A stretch of 64,000 nt of DNA, taken from assembly GCA_019828565.1 (NCBI GenBank), contig JAHDYR010000053.1:1145044-1209043 (forward strand), given 5' to 3'. The notes below the pieces were generated by a model. That model searched no databases. It was not told where the DNA came from and saw nothing but the letters and a program-made list of their open reading frames with translations. Within the stretch, counting starts at the first letter, position 1. Every line of letters begins with the position of its first letter. The position numbers were made by a program, and so were the translations under genes. Below are positions 21,292 through 31,308 of the stretch, piece after piece. This DNA is from Carpediemonas membranifera BICM. Taxonomy: Eukaryota > Protista > Fornicata.

Positions 21292-24200
21292 TTACTCCTC
21301 CTCCGTGGACTCCCCACTGCCGCTGCAGCTGTCCTCGGCCTGACTCGCTTGCTGTCCTTGTAGACTCTGCATTACCATGATGAACTGGGTCATCAGGTCC
21401 ATGGGTGAGATCTGCTTGGCCTTCTTATCCTTCTTGTGCTTGTGCCGGGGGATCGTGGGCTTCTCCTTGCTGGGCTTAGTCGCGGCGCCGGAGAGCACCA
21501 ACCTTCCGTGGCCTTGCTCTTGCATGAGTCGGGCAGCCTTGAGCGCTGAGATCTCTTGTTGCGCCTCTGCCAACTGCTTTCGGAGCCGCAGCTTCTCCGA
21601 GTCCATGCCGGTTGCCTGTCTGCTTCCAGACTCCCAGTCCGTGTCCTCTTCGTGCCTGCTTCTCTTTCCGCTGTCCGAGTCCATGATCCTACTCGTGCTG
21701 CCCTCCTTGCGCTTGAGCGTCGTGGAGGAAGAGTGATCCTTGCTGTTGTCCATGCCTCCCTCTGAGCCTCTACCGGCCCAGGTGTTCCCGCTGAACGAGC
21801 CTCTCATCTGCGTTCCCGTGTTGTCCTTGTCTCTCCCTGTCGTCTCCTCCGTGGTTACGATCCGAGGTCCTGTTCATGTTACCAGCTCTGTCGCCGGTTC
21901 TGTCGTCAGCTCTGACACCAGCTCTACCGCCGGCTCCGTGTCCTACCCTTCTGTCCTCTTCCCTGTCTCCATGCTGGTCGTGATGTCCTTGATCCGCGTC
22001 CTGGCCGAAGTGCCTGCCCACCATCCTGGTGCTAATCCGCCTCGCCTTTTCCCTCCAGGCCGTTGTCGAAGAACCTACTTTGGTATGGCTGTTCGGACTT
22101 TCCGTCGATGGTGGGGACATACGTGATGCCTGGGACATTGACTGTGTTGGCTCTGGGCTCGTCCGGGATAGCTGCCGAGACTAGTCTGGCCCCTTCCTTG
22201 CGCATACGGCTTAGGATGGTCCCAGCCTCGCTGACCCTGACCATGCCCCAGTCTCTCGGGATGAAGCTCGCCCCTAGGGTGATCCTACCCCTGTTCCTGG
22301 GGGCCTTGACGTTGACTATGACCTTCTCATAGTCCCTGAGGCTCTCTGCTAGGTCGTCGCAGCCCCAGACTCCTTGATGAGCCGTAGCCTCCTTCGAGGG
22401 CCACCACTCGTATAGCATGGCCATGGTTATGATGTCCTCCTCCCTTGCTGCCCCTAGGCCCTTCCTGACGCGTACCATGCGGAGCTGGTTAGCCGTGGCT
22501 CTTTCCATGATGGTCCATAGCGGGCTTCTCTCCAGTACACCTTCGTTGTCCATGATTGTGAGGGGGGCCAGTAAGATGCCCTTCATGCCCAACAGAACCT
22601 CCCCGAACCCGAAGCCGATGCCGAAGCGGTGTCCGTTGTCCGGGACTACGAGGATCCTGTCGCCGACTTCCCTGCTGACGTCCCTTGCGTCCCCGATCGG
22701 GTACGTGCCGAAGATCTCAAAGGTGTCCCTCCTTGTCGCGAATTCCGGGCCTCCCATGATATCCATGCCCGGCTCCGCCTTCCCGACTGCTTCCATGGTC
22801 TTGTCGAGTGCCTTACCCATGTAGTGGTAGACGTCTGGGGTGCTCATCCTCTCCTTGCATAGGGCCCTGATCCTGGCTGTGAAGACTACTGTATCCGCCA
22901 ACCCACAGTGGTAGCAACCCGCGGTGTGTCTGTGGTACGGACAGACTCCCTTGGGCTCGCTCCTGTTCTGCCATCCATTTGACCATGTTGTTACTGCTTC
23001 CAGGTAGTTGGCCTTGTCGAGGTTGTCCCTGAGGTTTTGGCCAGCCTCCTCCCTTGCCGTTGTTCTCCAGGATCTCTGGTAGCTTCTTCTCGTCCACCAG
23101 CCTAGCTTGGAAGAATTCCCTGGTTCCTTGCTCCAGTCCATTTGTGGGGTTCGTGAGGAGGAAGCTTTCCATCTCCACCCCCTTTGCATACATGATTATC
23201 TTCCAACCCTCCGACCTTTCGATCCTTGCCAGCTGAGCCGCCAGGCGGTTGGCCCAGTCCCTGAAAGTATGTATGTGCTTCTCATACTCGATCGGCGGCC
23301 GCCCCGTCCCGACCTCCACGAAGGTGGCCGGCGGCAGCCCCGTCACTGCCCATGCCGTGTACCTCGCTTGGTCCATGCTTGCTGCCGGTATGTCCTGGTA
23401 GTACAGGCCATGCCCATGTCCAAGAATGTCCCCAGTGCTGAGGTCAAAGAGTACGATCCCGCCCTCAACCGGGATGGCAGGGATCCCTGCCTTCTTGACG
23501 CCAGGGTCTGCGCACTCGAAGTCGATGGCTCCGATCACCAGTCGTTTCTCCTTGTCCTTTCTAGGCATCCTCGGCGGCTGACTGCTGTCCTTGTTTGAGT
23601 CGACCTCCTCGTCCTGGTCGATCTTGCCTTGGTTGGCCCCGACCATGTCCTTGTTCACTTCCAGGAGGCTGTCGTCGAGGCTTCTCCTGCCGGGCATGGT
23701 GGCCTGCTGGCGTCGTTCCTCCTTGTCCTTGACATGTTGCTCCTCGTCTCCGTCGATGACCGTGCTAGCGGACGACCTGTCCAGATCGGCATGTTCGTCC
23801 CTATTGCTGCGGACCGAGGTGGCCTTGAGCACTTCCAGCCTCACCTTCCGGAACGGCGGCTCGTTGCTAAGGGGGGTCTCCTCCCCTTCGCCCAGGATAT
23901 TGGTTCTGCCCTTCAGGTAGATCCCTGACTTGTTCCATGCTGCCTGCCATATGGCCGGGGCCTCCGGTGCCTGAAGCCTGAGGATGTCCCTAGCCTCCTC
24001 CATGAAGCGGCTGATGGACCATGCTGACGTGTCGCTTAGCTCTAGGATGACCCTGTACTTGCCGTCCTCTTGCTCGTAGGCCACTCTGGTGACCGGGCCT
24101 TGGTTTGCCGGATCCCATACCTTGTCGTAAGGCACGCCTTCTACGGCCTCGTCTCCATGAGCCCCTGATACCAGTATGAACGACCCTTCGGCCTTCTTGA

Positions 24201-24798
24201 CGCTGTCCCTGTCTACATCCCATTCGATGGGCCCATCTTCCTTCGGCTTGAGAATCGCCGTCTCGATGTCCTTCTCAGATGGCCATCTTGCCATGCCAGT
24301 GAAGCCCGCTTTCAGCGTCTTGGGCTCCAGTGCCTGTGCCATGTCCTTTGCTTCCTCGTCTCTGGGGTTGAGCGCCTCTGTGAGCATGTAGAAAAGGTCG
24401 CGGAGGCCGTGGATGCCGCATGGGTTCCTGAGGATGATGTCCTTGTTGTCAGTGACGCCGGTTGCGAAGAGGATGCGTCTGGCGTTCATGATTACTTCCT
24501 TGCGTCCTTTGGAGTTCGCATTGAGCGACTTTCCTGTAAACTTGCCTGTTCTACGAAGAAGTAGGGTCCTTGAATCGTTCCTTTCAGCGAGGAAGCTGTC
24601 CAGTAGTTCCCTGATGTCCTCCCACTGCTTCTGCGTGGAATCCCTGATCCTTGTCGGTATTTCTACCTGCATTGTTGAGTGCAAAATTTCTCCCCTTTTC
24701 CTAGTCCATAAACTGGGTCGGAATTTTTGGGTCCGAAAGTCGGGCCACATGTACATATCCGGGTGAGGTCTCCGTCCAGGCCTTCCAGTTTCTCCCAT
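21292..24798 (-). CDS. LINE-1 ORF1 (about 1150 aa when stitched) with Maelstrom/DEDDh-like domain and C-terminal coiled coil
   Basis: ORFs 22813-24798, 22032-23189, 21770-22138 and 21292-21807 are colinear with LINE-3 ORF1; IDFE...PVEG...AKGVEME...CPYH...HCGLAD. Confidence 0.85.
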
Positions 24799-25439
24799 TG
24801 TCCATGCTCCGTACTATATAGGCCATTCTTTCAAAAAGGCGCGGTCCTAAAAATGCGTCGCCCTTTTCTGAGTAGCGGGGCCTTTCTGTGTAGTTGTTGT
24901 TGCTTTGTTCGTAGTCTCCTTTTAGCCTCTATCGACGGCCCCTGTTTCCCTTTTGTGCTGCCCTTCCTTCCTTGTGGTCTTGACAAAACCATGTAGCCGC
25001 CGGTGCTAGCACTGGCCCTCGACGGTTGTTTTCCTTTTCCTTGTAAACATACGTTCCATGAAGACACTTTGATTCCTTGGTATGGGCGTGGAGCTCCCAC
25101 TCGCGCCCAGCGGTATGCCCTGATGGCAACCCTTGAATGTCCAGACAGGAGGCCAAGGCCGCTCCTTCTGAGCTCCATGGGGCACTGCCCTATCCATATA
25201 GGCCAGGCCTGTTGGTCCTTGTCCATCCATGATCGAAGTGTTTCCACTTTGCTGAAATCATTGGTGGACTTGACCAGAGTCAGTCTCATCGGAGGATTCG
25301 TCAGACTCATACTCATCATGAGTGACATGTCCAGAACACGAGCAGATACAGACCTTGAGTTTGACAGCATCATCGGGGGCAGGGTCAAGCAGCTGTACCT
25401 TCATATAGCCATTGACCCACTTGAGCTGACGTGAGAGAA

Positions 25440-26189
25440 AACTCTCTCGACGTGACGTCATCAACTTGGCGGAAGCTGCGCTCCATCTGCCCGCTCTGCC
25501 CGCGGGACCAGTGTGCCGTGAACTTAGGCTTGCTCTGTCCGGCTGGCTGACCTTGTTGCGCCTTGGCAGGTTGACCCTGGCTCTGTTGTGCCTTGGACGA
25601 CTGGCCTTGCGGGCCCTGGCCTTGCTGTGTCTGCTGGCCGTCCGCCCCTGCCTGCTGGCGGGTCTGTTGAGCCTGTCGGGATTCCTGGGGTTTGTCCTGC
25701 TGGCGTTGGCCTTGGCCCTGAGACGAGCCGCCACCTCGGCGAGCGTGCCGTAGGTTGTGGCCTTGGCCTGGCGGGGGGGCGCCGGTCGGCGGCCGCGGCG
25801 TGACGGCGCTCTTCCGGACATAGTCGAGACGAGAAGCCTTGTAGTGCAGCTCTTCCTGCTCGAGAGCGATGCTCATGGCCTTTGAGAGGACCTCATCGGT
25901 CTTTCGCTTAATGCTCTTGAGAGTCAGCACAACTTCGAGGTCGCGGGCGACGTTGGCGGCGGAGACCGCCTTCGCTTGCTTCAGGCAGGCGACGTACGCG
26001 TCCACCGCGAGGCGATGGTAGCCCTTCGCGGTTGGAGTGAGGTCCGCAGACACCTTGCCGTCCTTCTCCTCCGTGAGGAATTCTTGCTCGAACTCAAAAA
26101 TCTGGCCCACTGCGTGCTTGAACCGGGCGTTGAACAGCCCCAGGTTGTGGATGAAGTCTCTGTCGGTTCCAGATGGGAAGGAGAGACGT
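25440..26189 (-). pseudogene. Family E gag fragment
   Basis: Ends in WSRGQSGQMERSFRQVDDV, homologous to the sequence just before the protease at about 15130-15190; Q-rich, no zinc knuckle. Confidence 0.75.
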
Positions 26190-26264
26190 TGTAGTGCTTG
26201 TAAAGCGAGCGTAGCGTCGAGTGGCTCGAGTCTGCTGGTACAGATCAATGAACCAATCTCCACA
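26190..26264 (-). repeat. Putative orphan LTR (75 bp) joining two unrelated fragments
   Basis: TG...CA bounded segment exactly between an integrase remnant and a gag remnant; shares TTGGTTCAT with the Gy-D LTR; no TSD. Confidence 0.35.
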
Positions 26265-26771
26265 GCCTATTCTTCCGCGCACTCAGCACCTTATATGGCC
26301 CCAGGAGCCCGTGGAGCTTGTTTCTCTTCACCGGAGCCAAAAAGACCAACTCCCCAGCTTCAAAGCTCGTCTGCATCACGGACTCTGGCTCCTGGCCGTT
26401 CCCGGCAATCTCGGCTGCCTCTTTCAAGGTCTTCTGCAGTCTGTGCATGTACTCTGTGGCCGATGAGGCCTCATGTCCTCCTGTGAGCTCAAGCGTCTTG
26501 CTTCCTCCTCCCAGCGTGATAGACTGTCCATATAGCATCTCCGCCGGTGCGAATCCTGTCCTAGAGTGGACCGTTGTGTTCAGTATGTGGGCTACGTACG
26601 GGAGTGTCTCTGACCACTTCGAGTATCCGTCCATTGCGGCGCAGAGCCAGCGGACGTGCCTCATGACTTCTGCATTCTTCCTCTCTACCACCCCGTTGCC
26701 TTGCGGATGATAGGGGAGCGTGCGCTGGTGGTGCACGTCAAGTTGTTCGAGTAAAGAGCGGACCACTCCGT
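26265..26771 (-). pseudogene. Gypsy integrase C-terminal fragment
   Basis: TLPYHPQGNGVVERKN...LNTTVHSRTGFAPAEMLYG...GPY. Confidence 0.9.
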
Positions 26772-26856
26772 TGTTGTCTCCAAAGACTAAGAAGAGTTCT
26801 GGTTTATAAATAGGGTGACTCTCTGACAGTCATTGACTTGCTGAGTGGAGTCCACA
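26772..26856 (-). repeat. Gy-C 3' LTR (85 bp); PPT at 26857-26866
   Basis: TG...CA bounded, preceded on the minus strand by GGGGAGGTAG. Removing LINE-2 joins it to 48306-49404, which contains a chromodomain end. Confidence 0.75.
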
Positions 26857-27148
26857 CTACCTCCCCATGGTCGCACATTGAAAGAAAGAAAGAAATTTAA
26901 CGTATCCTGTACACCTGTGTAAATCAGGGAATTACCAGTTTGCACCACCCCATGTCCCCGGGAACGCCTTAGCGTGTTGACTTCCCTTCGTGAGCGAGCC
27001 TGATACTACGTTGGGGGCGTTAGCACCATCACCGTCAGGGTCCAGCTGGTAAGGCTGGGTAGTCCCTTGCATGTTGACCTATCAACTGGCTGGCCCGATA
27101 CCCCCAAAGTCGGGATAACCCAGGTCTTACTCTTGGGGGTCCTTCGGG

Positions 27149-27211
27149 TGTGAAGCGAACTGTTTATAGGTAAACCGTCTAAAGGTAAAAATGGTCTAAA
27201 CTACCGTGACA
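27149..27211 (-). repeat. Gy-A 3' LTR (63 bp)
   Basis: Direct repeat of 37878-37940. Confidence 0.95.
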
Positions 27212-27269
27212 CTACCCTCTCTTTGGAAGAAAACCCCTCCTGGGGAGCAAAAGAAACCAAAGAGGGACC

Positions 27270-30120
27270 TTAAACGTAATTAGCAAGGTTCTTACGGGCC
27301 TTCCGAGCACGGCGCTTAACCTCTTCGACGTGGGACACAGACCTTAGGTGCTGTTCCGTGCGTTCATCATAGTTTTTCCACTTAATGGTCACCATACCGG
27401 TTTTCCAGTCGATTTTCTCGATCTTTTCGATCTCAAACTGTTCCTTATCGGATTCGGCTAATTGCTTCATTTGAGTCTCTTCAAGATCTGTCTCAAATGG
27501 CATCAGTTTGTCGACGTGGGTAACTCTAATGTCTCCTGTGACAATAGATTGCAGCTTCACCTTATGGTTCGGCAGTACCTCGTGAATCTTCCACGGGCCT
27601 CTGTTCGGGCAGTCGAGCTTCTTGGGGTTTTCATGTTTCCATAGGACATAGTCACCTACTTCTACCCCCTTCGTCTCGATCTGGCTCCTGGCGGATGTGC
27701 CTTCCCTTACGGAGTCTTCCAGTGTCCTTAGGACCTCCTGGAGAGATTGCTTGAACTCAACAATCCTCTTGTCGCCCCACTCTGCCCCGTCCCACTCAGT
27801 GGAAAATAGGTTGTGAGGCTGACCGAATATTAATTCATGAGGGGAGAACTGCGTAGCAGTGTGTGTCGTGCCATTAAGTATCATTTGAACGGTTGGCACC
27901 AATGTTGCCCACTCGTCTCGGCTCGCAATAGCGAGGACCATCCACCTTAAGTGGCGACCAATCTCTGCATTTCTCCTCTCCACCAGCCCATTACTCTGGG
28001 GGTGATATGGGATCGTGAAGTGCCGAAGCACCTTCAGCTCCGTGAGCATCGCGTCCAGTATGGAGTTTGCGTATTCCGGACCCCCATCAGATTGGAGTTC
28101 GAGAGGGACACCGTATCTCGTAAAGACTCGGTCCCATAGGGCCTGTGCAACTGTGCGTGCGTCATCGCTGGCTACGGGGATAAGCTCCGTATACCTAGTG
28201 AACATGTCAACTGCTGTGACGATGTATCGTGCCCCCAGATTATCCAAGGGCAGTGGTCCAATGGTGTCCACAGCCACGGTCTCCCATGGCTTGCCTCTAA
28301 GGCTGGATCCTGCTTCGACCTCAATGTAGTTTCTTATTCTCGACTTGAGGCAGATCGGGCACCGCTTAACGGTTCGTCTGACATCATTCAGCATGCTAGG
28401 CCAAAAACCCATCTTCTTCAGCATCTGATACGTGGCATTTGAGCCAGTGTGGAATTGATGTGCCAACTGCAGGAAGGTGTCGCGTAGCTTACCGTCCGGG
28501 ATGATCGGGACTCCTTGTACGAAGTACGTAGAGTCCACCAGGGTGCAGCCGTCTAGGCCTTCCCAACCGATCCTATGTTCCTCAGGGAGGCTGGCCTGGG
28601 CCTCGCTGATATCCCATAGGGACGGTCTCACCTCGCTCTCCTCTGCTTCTAGCAGATTTAAGGAGTGTGAGTCCCGGCAGGTGCTCTGCACCCGCGACAG
28701 CATATCTGCCATGACGTTAGCGTTACCAGATATATGACTAATGGTGAACGTGTAGTCCGATAGGACGGTAACCCAGCGAAGGAGCTTCTTTGATAGCTCT
28801 TTCCTCTGTAGTAAATATACCAAGTTGCGGTGATCCGTATGAATCTGGATATCATCCTTCAACCTAAAGAGTTGGGCCATATCGGGCCGCGTCAGGCAGT
28901 ATATGATCGCATGAAGCTCTTGTTCATACGTGGGCCACCTGGACTGGGTGGCACTGTGGCTCTTAGAGAACAGTGAGACGAGTTCCCGGTTACCGGACTC
29001 GTCCTCCTGGACTAAAATACCCCCGAGTCCTTCGTTAGACGCGTCCGTCTCAAGGATCCATTTCTTAGAAAGGTCGGGGAAACTCAGGATCAAGTCGGAT
29101 GATAGCCGTTCCTTGAAAGCTTCGAAAGCTTCATCCTGCTCTTGGGTCCAGGTGATCAGCTGTTGATCTTTTGACGCTTTAAGCATGTCATTAAGCGGCT
29201 TTAGGAGGCGCGACGCGTCCGATACGAACTGCGCGACATAGTTAAATGATCCTAGAGTGCGCTGAAGCTGCTTCGGAGTTTCCGGTCTGGGGATGGCTCT
29301 TACGGCATCTACCCTCTCGGGGGAAAGTTGCTTCCCTTTTTCTGAGATAATATATCCCACGGCCTCGATGTGATCTGTACCAATTACACATTTTGGGCCC
29401 TTCAGACGTAGTCTATACTCCTTGCAGATGTCAAAGACTTTCTCGAGGATCTCTAAGAACTCCTCTTCTGTCTTGGCGTAGACCATAAGGTCATCAATGT
29501 AAATGTCAACTCCTTTGTGGAGGACCGGGGCGAACGCCTTTTGCATTGCCTTTTGGAACCTAGAGGGTGCATTGCAGAGCCCAAATGGGCACCGGCGGAA
29601 CTCCATGTAATGGTCCGGTGTGACAAAAGCTGTCTTCGGAATGTCCGTCTCCTCCATGCTCATTTGATAATAGCCCTGCCGTAGGTCAAGAGCCGCAAAA
29701 ATCTTGCATCCAGCTGCCCTATCGACGAACTGACGGAGGTTTGGTAGTGGGAATTTGTCCTTCACTGTATTGGCATTGAGGGCCTTGTAGTCGACACATA
29801 GTCTGATCTTATCTGATCCCTTGTGTCCCTTACGGACAACTACAATGGGTGAGCTGAACGGTCCCGATGAGGGTTGGATTATCCCGTCCGCCACTAGGTT
29901 CTCGAGCTCATCATTCACGAGCTCATTTGTTGTCTCAGCGAGGCTTCTAGGCCGCAGCTGGACGAGCTCCTCACGATCTATGAGCTCTATAGACATTTTG
30001 TCCAGGCGAGACCCTTCACTAGGCAGGGTTTCGTCAAAGACCTCTTCGGCCTCAAGAATCTTAGATATGATTTGGTCCCGAATTTTAGATTCGGGGACCG
30101 TTACACCAAGACTTCCTGGG
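27270..30120 (-). CDS. pol: Gy-A pol (RT-RNase H-integrase-divergent chromodomain)
   Basis: CVDYKALN, LDLRQGY, PFGL, YIDD, TDASN, TDHRNL, SDGGPEY, SNGLVER. The frame is open upstream of ATG 29996 to about 30120. Confidence 0.95.
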
Positions 30121-31180
30121 TGTCACACACGTTGGCTTCTGAATCCAAGTATCGGTGTGCAAAGGGGAGCCACTCATCTTCGTTCGGGTCCGACATAATC
30201 TTCCCCAAGTTGAAGTTTAGGGTCTCGTCCCCAATCAGCCCTAAGGCTCTGAGGACGTCGCATCCAAGGAGTACCTTGAAAGCTTCCCCAGGCAGCACGT
30301 AGTACCGCCACTTGACCCTAATGGGCGCAGCCCCAATATTAGGAAGAATTATCTCCATTTCAGCCACTTGGTCTGTTGTGACAGTGCTGTTATCGCCCAG
30401 GGTTACCCTGATGCGTTCCCCTATTGACACGCTGACTGCCTCTTTTGGCAGTTTACGCAACGCCGCCTTGCTCATAAAGCTTCTAGAGGCTCCGGTGTCA
30501 ACAATGAACCGATATTGATTTTCCTTTAATACGGCGGACGTAGTCATAGGGCCTTCAGCGATAGCTGCGAGGTTAGCCTCGGCCTTCCTCTCCTCCAGCC
30601 GATGCTTTGGATGCTGGGGGCAGCGGAAGGACTTGTGCCCGTACTTCTCGCAGATGGGGCAGAAGGGGATCCCGAGCCTATTCTTGATGGGATCTGGGCC
30701 CTTAGGACCCTGGGGAGGCTGTTGAGCCGGCCCCTTGTGGGGGTGACTGGGCTGACCGCCCTGGCGCTGCCAGTTCTTTCTCTTGCCCGTATGGGCTTGA
30801 GGGCGGTCTGTAGGCTGGACATGGCCCAGGGGGGTGAACCCCCGCTTATCGAGGCGCTTGGCTGCCTTCACGGCACACTTGACAACGTCTTCGAACGAGG
30901 TCGCGCCAGTGATAGCCGCTAGGGCTCGGGTCTGTTTTTGCAAGACCGAGGGCCCTAGGCCCTTTACGAAGCACTTCCCCGCGTAGCGAGAGAAGTTGTC
31001 GCCGGGAGTACTGTCCTCAGGTAGATCTTGGAGTAGGTCGTCATCGTCTGCCAGCTTATCGAAGAGTTGGAGGCGGGTACGCACGGTGGCGGCGTGTTGG
31101 CGGGTGATGCTGAGGAGCGCGTGAGGGCCCGGGGTTGCTGTAGGGGCCTTTAGGGCGGCTAGGTCCTTCGTCAGTTGTAG
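30101..31180 (-). CDS. gag: Gy-A gag (3' part) and protease
   Basis: CPICEKYGHKSFRC knuckle, IVDTGASRSF; in frame with 37620-37856 once Gy-B and one TSD copy are removed. Confidence 0.92.
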   Translation of the reverse strand, partial: LQLTKDLAALKAPTATPGPHALLSITRQHAATVRTRLQLFDKLADDDDLLQDLPEDSTPGDNFSRYAGKCFVKGLGPSVLQKQTRALAAITGATSFEDVVKCAVKAAKRLDKRGFTPLGHVQPTDRPQAHTGKRKNWQRQGGQPSHPHKGPAQQPPQGPKGPDPIKNRLGIPFCPICEKYGHKSFRCPQHPKHRLEERKAEANLAAIAEGPMTTSAVLKENQYRFIVDTGASRSFMSKAALRKLPKEAVSVSIGERIRVTLGDNSTVTTDQVAEMEIILPNIGAAPIRVKWRYYVLPGEAFKVLLGCDVLRALGLIGDETLNFNLGKIMSDPNEDEWLPFAHRYLDSEANVCDTQEVLV

Positions 31181-31288
31181 TGTCAGCCATTTATATATGA
31201 GATACGTATTTGATACGGTCTTGATCCGTCCAGCTCGACACCCTTGTGTCGAGCTCTCTTTGTAAAGTCTTTTTCCTTAGTGATCACA
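31181..31288 (+). repeat. Gy-B 5' LTR (108 bp)
   Basis: Direct repeat of 37508-37615; TATATAT box and internal 10-bp hairpin. Confidence 0.95.
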
Positions 31289-31299
31289 GTAAGCTTACT
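31288..31299 (+). promoter_or_regulatory. Palindrome AGTAAGCTTACT at the primer-binding-site position (Gy-B)
   Basis: Perfect 12-bp palindrome starting at the last base of the 5' LTR; no TGG tRNA-type PBS. Confidence 0.85.
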
Positions 31300-31308
31300 T
31301 CCAAACTA

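Larger units (their letters stand above)
16613..25272 (-). mobile_element. LINE-1: full-length non-LTR retrotransposon (about 8.7 kb), ORF1 with Maelstrom-like domain, ORF2 APE-RT-CCHC
   Basis: 13-bp TSD ACCAGAGTCAGTC at 16600-16612 and 25273-25285; (TTC)n 3' tail; 5' end matches LINE-3. Confidence 0.95.

Noticed and set aside
30100-30130. Programmed gag/pol frameshift in Gy-A
   Set aside because: The shift lies after the protease with no clear slippery heptamer; it cannot be told apart from an indel.
31286-31295. CA|GTAAG as a splice donor explaining the post-LTR motif
   Set aside because: The other families read GTAAC, GTACT and GTATT, and splicing would not explain the maintained palindromy.
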